DNA from: an uncultured Bacteroidales bacterium
Lineage (GTDB): Bacteria > Bacteroidota > Bacteroidia > Bacteroidales > VadinHA17
DNA: 64,000 nt
Assembly: GCA_963792925.1 (NCBI GenBank)
Contig: CAWBYC010000005.1
Location: 306,946 to 370,945 of the forward strand
Direction: 5' to 3'
The position numbers and the translations under genes are program-made. Below, one piece after another: positions 22,901-31,584 of the stretch (the first letter of the stretch is position 1; each line of letters begins with the position of its first letter). The notes below the pieces were generated by a model. The model ran no database searches. It worked only from the letters and a program-made list of their open reading frames with translations, and had not been told where the DNA came from.

Positions 22901-22981
22901 GACAATGTGACTTCGGGTTGCGATTTTTATTCAGCACCTCAGGCCAGATCAATTGTTTTCGGTATTAACATCGGGTTATAA
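19901..22981 (+). CDS. SusC/RagA-family TonB-dependent outer-membrane receptor
   Basis: 1026 aa with a signal peptide and an N-terminal carboxypeptidase-regulatory-like domain ([31 protein letters not shown]). It has a plug domain ([27 protein letters not shown]) and a long beta-barrel. A SusD-like gene follows immediately. Confidence 0.93.
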   Translation: [1026 protein letters not shown]

Positions 22982-23002
22982 TAAAACATAAAATCAGAAA
23001 CG

Positions 23003-24349
23003 ATGAATAAATTAATTTCAATAATATCAATAGTTGTACTCTGTGGTATATTCACCGGATGCGACAAATATCTCGATCTAAAACCTTCTCAGAGTATTAA
23101 CGATGGCGTAGCTCTGTCAACCGACGAAAGCGTAAAGCTTGTTCTTCAGGGAGCCTACTCTCAATATGCATTGCCGGGGATCTATGGCGGAAATGTTCTC
23201 CGGAATGCCGAACTGCTGGGCGGCGATAATGAGATACAATGGGTTGGAACTTATATCGATCCACGCCAGATATTCAATAAAACAATGATAGCCACCAATT
23301 CAGAAGCAGAAGCTCACTGGGCTGATAGTTATGGAGTTATAAATACAGTGAACAATGTCCTGAGTGTTCTTACAGTTGTAAAAGAGGCTGATCGTGATGT
23401 TGTGGAAGGTGAAGCCCTTTTCCTGAGAGGTCTCATGTATTTTGATCTTGTTCGTTTTTTTGCTGAACAGTATGAATTTGGAACAGCTAACACACAACTT
23501 GGAGTTCCATTGGTGCTGACACCAACAGGGGTGATCAGTGAAAGCAATTATGTACACCGGAATACTGTAGATGAGGTTTATGCACAGGTAATAACAGACC
23601 TTACGGCAGCAGCTGCAAAACTTCCTGAAGACAATGATGTGTATGCATCGAGTGGTGCCGCGAGAGCGCTTCTGGCAAGAGTCTACCTGCAGAAGGGCGA
23701 GTATGATAAAGCAAGAGACAATGCCAGTCTTGTTATTGAATCGGGTATGTATTCAATTCTATCATCCTATGCAGAGGTATTTGATAATGATAATAATTCA
23801 GCCGAGGATATTTTTGCAACACAGATTACTCCCCAGGACAGATTCAGTGCGATGACAGAGTATTTTTCTGTTCCGGAATTTGGCGGTCGCGATGGTGATA
23901 TTGAAATCCTTGATGGTCACATGAATCTGTATAGCCCGGGTGACGACAGATTAAATATGTTTAATGTCAGGAATGGCGCGGTGCGAACTGATAAATGGAA
24001 CAACCAGTACGGTGTTATTAATGTGATCCGTCTGGCTGAAATGTATCTCATCAGAGCGGAATGTAATCAACGTCTTGCTACAGCTATAGGAGCAACACCT
24101 CTTGATGATTATAATGTGATTCATACAAGAGCTGGTCTGACAGCCGCTACAAGCGTTACTCTTGATAATATCATTTATGAGCGCAGACTTGAGCTCGCTT
24201 TCGAAGGTTTCAAGATACACGATTTGAGGCGATTGCATCAGAATGCCGGGACTCATCCATACAATGATCCAAAACTTATCTTTCCAATTCCTGCAAGGGA
24301 AATTCAGGCAAATCCGGGGCTTAAAAACGAGCAGAATACCGGATACTAG
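23003..24349 (+). CDS. SusD/RagB-family nutrient-binding outer-membrane lipoprotein
   Basis: Lipoprotein signal (VLCGIFTGCD), a TPR-like helical core (RALLARVYLQKGEYDKA) and the C-terminal RRLELAFEG...RR motif typical of SusD. It starts 21 nt after the SusC-like gene. Confidence 0.9.
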   Translation: MNKLISIISIVVLCGIFTGCDKYLDLKPSQSINDGVALSTDESVKLVLQGAYSQYALPGIYGGNVLRNAELLGGDNEIQWVGTYIDPRQIFNKTMIATNSEAEAHWADSYGVINTVNNVLSVLTVVKEADRDVVEGEALFLRGLMYFDLVRFFAEQYEFGTANTQLGVPLVLTPTGVISESNYVHRNTVDEVYAQVITDLTAAAAKLPEDNDVYASSGAARALLARVYLQKGEYDKARDNASLVIESGMYSILSSYAEVFDNDNNSAEDIFATQITPQDRFSAMTEYFSVPEFGGRDGDIEILDGHMNLYSPGDDRLNMFNVRNGAVRTDKWNNQYGVINVIRLAEMYLIRAECNQRLATAIGATPLDDYNVIHTRAGLTAATSVTLDNIIYERRLELAFEGFKIHDLRRLHQNAGTHPYNDPKLIFPIPAREIQANPGLKNEQNTGY

Positions 24350-24373
24350 TAGAGTTAGGTTTTAACTGGGAGG

Positions 24374-24399
24374 CGGCAGCAGAATTTCGCTGCCGTTTT
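24374..24399 (+). terminator. Rho-independent terminator after the SusD-like gene
   Basis: The stem CGGCAGC (24374-24380) pairs with GCTGCCG (24389-24395), with an 8-nt loop, followed by TTTT. Confidence 0.6.
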
Positions 24400-24442
24400 G
24401 CATTTAATTATTATCTGATAACACACATACAAATTAATATTA

Positions 24443-24450
24443 TATCTTTG
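24443..24450 (+). promoter_or_regulatory. Candidate -7 promoter element (TAnnTTTG) upstream of rpsP
   Basis: TATCTTTG lies 46 nt upstream of the rpsP ATG. Confidence 0.35.
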
Positions 24451-24496
24451 CAGCCACAATTTTTTAAACAATTTAAATAAAAAAGCGTAAGAATTA

Positions 24497-25096
24497 ATGG
24501 CAGTTAAAATCAGATTAGCTAGAAAAGGCCGCAAGAAGCTGGCCTTCTACCACATTGTGGTTGCAGATAGCAGATCGCCACGTGATGGCCGATACATTGA
24601 AAAGATAGGATCATATAATCCTATTACTAACCCCGCTACCATCGAACTCGATTTCGATAAAGCGCTTGGTTGGCTGCAAAATGGCGCATTACCTACCGAT
24701 ACTTGCAGGGCAATCCTGTCTTACAAAGGTGTGCTTATGAAAAAACATCTTCTTGAAGGTGTTAAAAAAGGCGCTTTTGATGAGGCTGAAGCAATAAAAA
24801 GATTCGAAGAGTGGATTAAACAGAATGAAGCTAAAATCGAAGCTAAGAAATCAAACCTTGAGAAATCTCAGGATGATGAATTAGGCAAGAGACTCTCAGT
24901 TGAAAAGAGCGTAAATGAAGCAAGAGCAGCAAAACTTGCAAAGAAAAACGCTGATCTGGCTGCAAAAGCAGCGGCTGGTGACAAAGCTTTAGTTGATACT
25001 ATCAACGAAGAAGCTGCATCAGAAGATACTACAGAGGAAATTGCTCCGGAAGAAACTGCATCAGAACCGGCAGCAGATGATAAGCCTCAGGAATAG
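24497..25096 (+). CDS. rpsP: 30S ribosomal protein S16 with a long K/A/E-rich C-terminal extension
   Basis: The N-terminus [42 protein letters not shown] is canonical bS16. Residues from about 85 to 199 are low-complexity. Confidence 0.93.
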   Translation: MAVKIRLARKGRKKLAFYHIVVADSRSPRDGRYIEKIGSYNPITNPATIELDFDKALGWLQNGALPTDTCRAILSYKGVLMKKHLLEGVKKGAFDEAEAIKRFEEWIKQNEAKIEAKKSNLEKSQDDELGKRLSVEKSVNEARAAKLAKKNADLAAKAAAGDKALVDTINEEAASEDTTEEIAPEETASEPAADDKPQE

Positions 25097-25123
25097 TGAA
25101 TAGTCATAAGGATCATCGATCCA

Positions 25124-25642
25124 ATGGCTTATAACACTGAGATATTACTGGGCAGAATCACAAAGGTGAGCGGCTATGAGGGAGCTGTGGCAGTTAAGTT
25201 AGAAAAAATCTTTACTGAAAATATACCCCATATGGAATCGGTCTTTCTCGAAATTGAAGGGAGACCGGTTCCTTTTTTTATAAACGACTCGGACTATTCC
25301 GGAGCCGATATTCTGAAACTGAAGTTTGACGATTACGCAACAGCAGATAAGATAAGTGAATTCGTTGGCTGCAGGGTATTCCTGACTTCAGAGCCAAAAA
25401 CGAAAGGCAAAAAGAAAGTCAGTATGACTTACATAGGGTACAATGTTTATGTAAACGACGATGAGCTTCTTGGTGAAATAACAGAACTCATTCCGATAAA
25501 TGATCAATGGCTGATAAATGTTAAGTCGCCTGACAAAAAAGATATTCTCATTCCTTTTCATGAAGATTTTATCGTGAACATCGATAAAAAGAAGAAAATG
25601 GTAGTCATGAATCTTCCCGAGGGACTTACAGACCTTAATTAA
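25124..25642 (+). CDS. rimM: 16S rRNA processing protein RimM
   Basis: It sits directly after rpsP. The N-terminus LLGRITKVSGYEGAVAVK and a C-terminal PRC-barrel-like part (ILIPFHEDFIVNIDKKKK) fit RimM. Confidence 0.85.
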   Translation: MAYNTEILLGRITKVSGYEGAVAVKLEKIFTENIPHMESVFLEIEGRPVPFFINDSDYSGADILKLKFDDYATADKISEFVGCRVFLTSEPKTKGKKKVSMTYIGYNVYVNDDELLGEITELIPINDQWLINVKSPDKKDILIPFHEDFIVNIDKKKKMVVMNLPEGLTDLN

Positions 25643-25718
25643 TTTTTATAAAGAGTGCAGCTTTTCCGGGAAAAGCATGTCTTTCTTTAGAATTAATTAA
25701 TTTTTAAACTACCACATT

Positions 25719-26420
25719 ATGAAAAGGGCAATAATCGTATCAGTATTTATTCTTGCTATAATTGCTTCTGCCGGCATTGCGAACGGTCAGACGGATACAA
25801 AAGAAACAAGGGATGTAAAAGATTTTACCAAGGTTGGGTTTGGCGTATCGGGGAATCTTTACATTAACATCGGACCTGAATTCAAAGTAGTACTTGAAGG
25901 TTCAAAAAGAGATATTGATCAGATAATCACGGATGTTTCCGGTGGTAAGCTCATTATTAAGAAGGACAACTGGAGATTCAATATGAATGAAAAGGTTACT
26001 GTTTATGTTACAATGCCTGAATTGAAAGGACTGGGAGTTTCGGGTTCGGGAAGAGCTGAGATTAAAGATCCCGTAAAAACAAATGATCTCAACCTGAGCG
26101 TAAGCGGAAGTGGAAAATTGTATGCAACTGAAATTTCAGTTACAAGTCTCGATTGCAGCATATCAGGTTCCGGCGATATAATTGTCGAAGACGGCAATGC
26201 ATCCGATGCAGGTATATCTGTTAGCGGTTCAGGAAACTATATGGGAGAATCTTTGAAAATTGATAAGGCTGACATCCATATTTCAGGTAGCGGAAATTGC
26301 AGCTGCAATGTTACAGGATCATTAAAAGCGAGTGTATCGGGAAGCGGAAATGTTAACTATGAAGGCGATCCCAGGGTAGACGCACATGTATCGGGATCAG
26401 GTAAGGTCAGGTCAAGATAA
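25719..26420 (+). CDS. Secreted DUF2807-like protein (putative beta-helix, repeated VSGSG motifs)
   Basis: Signal peptide plus a repeated xSGSGxx periodicity (VSGSGRAE, VSGSGKLY, ISGSGDII, VSGSGNYM, ISGSGNCS, VSGSGNVN, VSGSGKVR). Confidence 0.65.
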   Translation: MKRAIIVSVFILAIIASAGIANGQTDTKETRDVKDFTKVGFGVSGNLYINIGPEFKVVLEGSKRDIDQIITDVSGGKLIIKKDNWRFNMNEKVTVYVTMPELKGLGVSGSGRAEIKDPVKTNDLNLSVSGSGKLYATEISVTSLDCSISGSGDIIVEDGNASDAGISVSGSGNYMGESLKIDKADIHISGSGNCSCNVTGSLKASVSGSGNVNYEGDPRVDAHVSGSGKVRSR

Positions 26421-26421
26421 T

Positions 26422-26991
26422 TTACTTTCTGATAATCCTGAAAGTACCGTCGGAATTTATTTTGATGACCGGAGAAGGAACACTTTTGCTTCGGTCATCC
26501 TGCCGGTATTTAACAACGTAATCAACTGCATCAGTAATTTCTTTTTCTATTTCGCTGAAATTTGCCGGAGATGGTTTCCCGCTCAAATTAGCTGAGGTAG
26601 AGACTATTGGTTTTCTGAAACGGCTTATTAAATCATTGCAGAATTCCTCTTTGCAGATCCTTATTGCTATTGATCTGTCCTCACTGCAGACACCAGGCGC
26701 AAGATTTTTTCCCTCAGGATAAATTACTGTAAGAGGAGTATCGGAAACATCGGTAAGTTGATAAATAATTTCCGGAATCTCTTTGACATATCTTTCCACC
26801 ATTCCTATGCCGTCAGCAAGAATTATCAGGCTTTTATTTTCTTCTCTCGATTTCAGTTTAAATATCCTGTTTACAGCTGCCTCATTGGTAGGATCACATC
26901 CCAGGCCCCAGATTGTATCTGTTGGATAAAGAATTATACCTCCTTTTCTGAGAGTATTAAGCGCTTCTTTTATGTCTTCGGGGGAAGTCAT
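26422..26991 (-). CDS. tsaC: Threonylcarbamoyl-AMP synthase (Sua5/YrdC/YciO family, single-domain)
   Basis: 189 aa with ILYPTDTIWGLGCD and STSANLSGKPSP motifs. Confidence 0.8.
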   Translation of the reverse strand: MTSPEDIKEALNTLRKGGIILYPTDTIWGLGCDPTNEAAVNRIFKLKSREENKSLIILADGIGMVERYVKEIPEIIYQLTDVSDTPLTVIYPEGKNLAPGVCSEDRSIAIRICKEEFCNDLISRFRKPIVSTSANLSGKPSPANFSEIEKEITDAVDYVVKYRQDDRSKSVPSPVIKINSDGTFRIIRK

Positions 26992-27755
26992 TTAGCTCGT
27001 TCAACACTTTTGTTTAGAATACGTAATTTCTTGTATTTGTTGAAGGTTGATTTTGCATAGAGTGAACAGATTACGAAACCATTCTTTCCGTCGAGGAAAC
27101 CTCTGTTGAAAATATACGACCTGAAAAATCCCCAGGCATAATGTATATAAGGTGTGAAAATGTTAGCCTTCCTTCCGGCTTTATGAAATTCTTCAGCTCC
27201 GATGATCGAATATCTTTTCATTTTTTCCCTGTGGTCCTGGAGTGAAGCAAAAGGCCAGTGTAACAAGTCGCCTTTAAGTCTGCCGATCGTAGCGCCGTTT
27301 GACATTATGAATTTTTCATGGAGATTTAATTCTCCCCATTTTCCATGATCAGAGTAGAAAAGTCTCAGTTGTCTGTCGGGATACCATTCGGAATGATTAA
27401 TCCATCGTCCACAATAATTACCTCGTCTGTTAAACTGGTAGCCATCGAAATCCCATCTGTCTTTGATAGCTTTTATTGATTCCCTGAGTTCTTCGCTTAA
27501 TGCTTCATCAGCGTCAAGTGAAAGGATATTCTTATAAGTGGCAAGTTGCATTGCGAAGTTTTTCTGATCGCGGTAGCCTTCAAATGCATGTTTTATAAAG
27601 CGGACATTATATTTTTTGCAAATCGCTTCTGTTGAGTCTGTAGAAAACGAATCTACAACAACAATCTCATCAGCAATTCCATCCAACGACGCCAGACACT
27701 TATCAATGAATAATTCTTCGTTAAAAGTGATTATTACGGCAGATATTTTAGGCAT
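26988..27755 (-). CDS. Family 2 glycosyltransferase
   Basis: The N-terminus ISAVIITFNEE...VVVDSFSTD...LDADE is a GT-A fold with a DxD-type motif. Overlaps tsaC by 4 nt. Confidence 0.8.
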   Translation of the reverse strand: MPKISAVIITFNEELFIDKCLASLDGIADEIVVVDSFSTDSTEAICKKYNVRFIKHAFEGYRDQKNFAMQLATYKNILSLDADEALSEELRESIKAIKDRWDFDGYQFNRRGNYCGRWINHSEWYPDRQLRLFYSDHGKWGELNLHEKFIMSNGATIGRLKGDLLHWPFASLQDHREKMKRYSIIGAEEFHKAGRKANIFTPYIHYAWGFFRSYIFNRGFLDGKNGFVICSLYAKSTFNKYKKLRILNKSVERAK

Positions 27756-27903
27756 ACAATGTCAATGCTTAGGATTGTTTCCAAATTTAACACAAAATCA
27801 ATAATTAGCAATAATTATTATACCAATTCAAAACTCGTGATTAAGAAATTTATTGTAAAGCGGCAAAAGTTATGCCGAAATGTGGCCCCGTAATACTGAT
27901 GAT

Positions 27904-29136
27904 TTACCATGTGATGTTTCCTAGTCTTTCCATAGCCTGGAGTACGTTCTCATGTGTGGCAAATGATGAGAACCTGAAGTATCCCTCTCCCGACGGCCCA
28001 AAGCCTGATCCGGGAGTTCCGACCACATGCGCTTCATGAAGCAGCTTATCAAACAGTTCCCATGATTTTATCTGCCTGCCTGAATTAGCCCATACATAAG
28101 GGGAATTTATCCCGCCGAAGACCTGAAATCCCATTTTTGCAAGATTTTCCCGCAGGACCCTGGCATTGTTCATATAGTAGTTGATGGTAGTTCTTGTTTC
28201 TTTTTTGCCTTCCGGAGTAAAGATCGCTGCAGCGGCTTTCTGCACAGGGTAAGACACTCCGTTGAATTTTGTTGTATGTCTTCTGAACCAGAGGGGATAA
28301 AGAGGTTTTTCTGTTCCATCTGCAGTTGAAGCAACCAGATTCCTGGGGATAACAGTATATGCGCACCGGGTTCCGGTAAAACCGGCAGTTTTTGAGAAAC
28401 TTCGGAATTCGATTGCCACTTCCCTGGCTCCCTCAATCTCATAAATGGTATGAGGAATTTCCGGGTCAGAGATATAAGCCTCATATGCTGAATCATAAAG
28501 GATGATGGATTTATTTCTGATTGCATAATCGATCCATCTTTTTAATTCAGTTTTACCAGCTGTTGTTCCGGTCGGATTGTTGGGGTAACATAGGAATATT
28601 ATATCTACTTTCTTTTCAGGAATCTGGGGGATAAAGTTATTTTCAGCATTACAGGGAAGATAAACAAGCTTGTCGTAATACCCGTTGCCAAGATATTCGC
28701 CTGTCCGGCCTGCCATAACGCTTGTGTCGACATATACGGGATAAACAGGATCCTGCATGGCAATGACGTTATTCATTCCAAAAATCTCCAGAATGTTCCC
28801 TGTATCACATTTTGATCCGTCAGATACGAAAATCTCATCAGCTTTAATATCGGCACCGCGATCGGAATAGTCATTTTTTGCAATTGCTTCGCGCAGGAAA
28901 TCATACCCTTGTTCAGGTCCGTAACCTTTAAATGTAAGCACGTTTGACATCTCTTCGACACCTTCATGAAAAGCGCGTATTACGGAAGGTGTAAGTGGCT
29001 GCGTAACGTCGCCGATACCCATTTTTATGATGTCGGCTTGTGGATTGTTTTTCTGAAATTCCCGAACACGTCTTGAAATTTCAGGGAAAAGATAACCGGC
29101 CTGAAGTTTTAAATAATTATCATTAATCTGCGCCAT
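27904..29136 (-). CDS. dapL: LL-diaminopimelate aminotransferase (DapL)
   Basis: [24 protein letters not shown]...GIGDVTQPL...NPTG...[13 protein letters not shown] is a DapL-type class I aminotransferase. The start was chosen at the internal Met (29136), because the 29181 start would leave only 6 bp before the divergent lysA. Confidence 0.85.
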   Translation of the reverse strand: MAQINDNYLKLQAGYLFPEISRRVREFQKNNPQADIIKMGIGDVTQPLTPSVIRAFHEGVEEMSNVLTFKGYGPEQGYDFLREAIAKNDYSDRGADIKADEIFVSDGSKCDTGNILEIFGMNNVIAMQDPVYPVYVDTSVMAGRTGEYLGNGYYDKLVYLPCNAENNFIPQIPEKKVDIIFLCYPNNPTGTTAGKTELKRWIDYAIRNKSIILYDSAYEAYISDPEIPHTIYEIEGAREVAIEFRSFSKTAGFTGTRCAYTVIPRNLVASTADGTEKPLYPLWFRRHTTKFNGVSYPVQKAAAAIFTPEGKKETRTTINYYMNNARVLRENLAKMGFQVFGGINSPYVWANSGRQIKSWELFDKLLHEAHVVGTPGSGFGPSGEGYFRFSSFATHENVLQAMERLGNITW

Positions 29137-29153
29137 TTTGTATATTTTAGCCG

Positions 29154-29161
29154 CAAATATA
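29154..29161 (-). promoter_or_regulatory. Candidate -7 promoter element (TAnnTTTG on the minus strand) for dapL
   Basis: The reverse complement of CAAATATA is TATATTTG, 18 nt upstream of the proposed dapL ATG at 29136. Confidence 0.3.
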
Positions 29162-29187
29162 TTAAAGTTACCATTCAACATAAAACA

Positions 29188-30444
29188 ATGAATTATATTT
29201 ATTCGAAAGTAAGCAGCGAAAAGAAGTTTTTTGGCAACACCGACCCATTTCAGTTATCGGAAATGTATGGGAGCCCTCTCTATGTTTATAATGAAAATAT
29301 CCTGCGCAGAAGATGTCGTGACCTTAAAGGACTTATATCCTATTCTAATTTCACTGTCAACTATTCGCTGAAGGCAAACAGTAACCTCGAGCTTGTTAAG
29401 ATTGTCAGAAGTGAGGGATTGAGAGTTGATGCCATGTCTCCGGGTGAGATCTACATAAATATGCTCGCCGGGTATAAACCGGAAGAAATATTATTCATCA
29501 GCAATAATGTGAATGAAGATGAATTAAGATATGCCATTAATGCAGGCGTAAAGATCTCTGTCGATTCTGTTTCGCAGCTTGAGATGTTTGGAAAGATCAA
29601 CCCCGGAGGAAAAGTGGCATTCAGGCTAAATCCCGGTGTCGGTGCCGGTCATCATGAAAAAGTGACTACAGCAGGACAAAAGACAAAGTTCGGGATCGAA
29701 ATGAGCCATATTCCCCAGGTAAAAAAAATTATTAAAGAGTATAATCTCAGGCTAATCGGTATTAACCAGCACATCGGTTCGCTCTTCATGAACAGTGAAG
29801 CCTATCTGGAGAGCACAGGTAATATACTTTCAATAGCCACAGAATTCGACGACCTGGAATTTATTGATCTCGGTGGCGGATTCGGGATTCCTTATGAGAA
29901 GCAATCCAATCAATCAAGGCTCAACCTTCAGGAACTGGGCGGAAAACTCTCTGATATCATTCATTCCTGGACTTCAGATTATGGGAAAGATATAGAATTC
30001 AAGATTGAACCCGGGCGTTATATAGTTGCAGAATCAAGTATCCTGCTGGGATCGGTAAATGCAATAAAAATGAATTATAATATTAAATATATAGGCACCG
30101 ACCTCGGTTTTAATGTGCTTATACGTCCTGTTATGTATGACTCTCATCACGATATTGAGATATACCGGATGAATGATACGCCTTCACTGAAGGAGGAAAC
30201 AGTGACTGTAGTGGGCAATATCTGTGAAACGGGCGATATAATTGCCAAAGACAGGAAACTTCCTGAAATTATGGAAAAAGACATTCTTGGAGTTCTCGAC
30301 AGCGGAGCTTATGGATATTCAATGAGTTCTAATTACAACAGCAGGCTGCGACCTGCCGAGGTACTCATAGAAGCTGATGGCAATCCCCGTCTTATACGCA
30401 GGAGAGACACTCTTGATGACCTTGTCAGAAATTTTACACTTTAG
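29188..30444 (+). CDS. lysA: Diaminopimelate decarboxylase
   Basis: 418 aa with a fold-III PLP decarboxylase pattern ([31 protein letters not shown]). Confidence 0.88.
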   Translation: MNYIYSKVSSEKKFFGNTDPFQLSEMYGSPLYVYNENILRRRCRDLKGLISYSNFTVNYSLKANSNLELVKIVRSEGLRVDAMSPGEIYINMLAGYKPEEILFISNNVNEDELRYAINAGVKISVDSVSQLEMFGKINPGGKVAFRLNPGVGAGHHEKVTTAGQKTKFGIEMSHIPQVKKIIKEYNLRLIGINQHIGSLFMNSEAYLESTGNILSIATEFDDLEFIDLGGGFGIPYEKQSNQSRLNLQELGGKLSDIIHSWTSDYGKDIEFKIEPGRYIVAESSILLGSVNAIKMNYNIKYIGTDLGFNVLIRPVMYDSHHDIEIYRMNDTPSLKEETVTVVGNICETGDIIAKDRKLPEIMEKDILGVLDSGAYGYSMSSNYNSRLRPAEVLIEADGNPRLIRRRDTLDDLVRNFTL

Positions 30445-30468
30445 TATCCTGGTTATATTCAGCTAATT

Positions 30469-31347
30469 ATGGAAAGAAATAGTTTTGTCAAAATGCATGG
30501 ACTGGGTAATGAGTACATTGTCCTTGAGAGTACAAATATAGATTTCACTCTTACAAAACAGGCCATAAGACGTTTGTGCAACATCCATTTCGGGATCGGC
30601 TCCGATGGTATTGTTTTGAAGGTCCCGTCAACAAAAGCTGATTTCGGGTTCAGAGTTTATAACCCTGATGGTTCAGAAGCAGAGAAAAGTGGCAACGGAC
30701 TTCGTATTTTTTGCAAGTATCTGCATGATTATGGTTTTGCAAAGTCTCCGCAATTTTCAGTTGAAACACTCACCGATATTGTTTACGCTGAAATTGTTGA
30801 GGAAAAAAACGGCAAAGCAATGCTGATCAGGGTCGATATGGGGAAGGCTATCTTTGCATCACGTGATATACCTGTTAGTTCGGATCAACCCGAATTTATC
30901 GCTCAAAAAATAGTGGCAGGCGACAGGGAATTTGAAGTTAATTGTGTATCGGTGGGAAATCCGCATTGTGTTGTTATCAAGGAGGATCTTGATGAAAATG
31001 AAATCAGGACATATGGCCCTTTACTTGAAAATCATCCGTTGTTTCCCAACAGGATCAATGTGCAATTTGCCAGGGTTCTTTCCGAGCATGATGCGCAGAT
31101 AATGATCTGGGAACGGGGAGCAGGCTATACACTGGCATCGGGCAGCTCTTCCTGTGCGGCATCATGCATCCTGGTTAAGAGAGGTTTAATAAAGGGTGAT
31201 CTTACAATGCATATGCAGGGAGGTACGCTTAAAATTCAGATTGATAAGGATTGGAACATTCGCATGACAGGTGAAGTTCGCGAAATAGCGAAAGGGATTT
31301 TGAGTTTGGAACTGCTTGAAGATCTGAATAATATCATTGAGGGTTGA
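30469..31347 (+). CDS. dapF: Diaminopimelate epimerase
   Basis: FVKMHGLGNEY; catalytic Cys contexts GNGLR and VSVGNPHCV...ERGAGYTLASGS. Confidence 0.88.
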   Translation: MERNSFVKMHGLGNEYIVLESTNIDFTLTKQAIRRLCNIHFGIGSDGIVLKVPSTKADFGFRVYNPDGSEAEKSGNGLRIFCKYLHDYGFAKSPQFSVETLTDIVYAEIVEEKNGKAMLIRVDMGKAIFASRDIPVSSDQPEFIAQKIVAGDREFEVNCVSVGNPHCVVIKEDLDENEIRTYGPLLENHPLFPNRINVQFARVLSEHDAQIMIWERGAGYTLASGSSSCAASCILVKRGLIKGDLTMHMQGGTLKIQIDKDWNIRMTGEVREIAKGILSLELLEDLNNIIEG

Positions 31348-31518
31348 AGCTTCACCAACTTTTATGAAACCAGAAGAATTGGTATAGGGACAGGTCTCAA
31401 ACCTGTTATTATACCAATTGCCAGGTCAATACTATATATTGTCTTGTTTAGATTCGTTTTAAATTACAATCCGATTGAAGAACATATATTTTTCGTTTGT
31501 ATTATTAAAAATCTAATA

Positions 31519-31526
31519 TAGTTTTG
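31519..31526 (+). promoter_or_regulatory. Candidate -7 promoter element (TAnnTTTG) upstream of hppA
   Basis: TAGTTTTG lies 58 nt upstream of the ATG at 31585. Confidence 0.3.
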
Positions 31527-31584
31527 TACCGGCGAATTTTTTTTAATTTCTAAACCTTTAAATTTTAATTTAATAACGGATAAC

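Noticed and set aside
26030-26400. Periodic DNA repeats in the DUF2807-like gene
   Set aside because: They reflect the (V/I)SGSG beta-helix repeat of the encoded protein, and the nucleotide copies are diverged.
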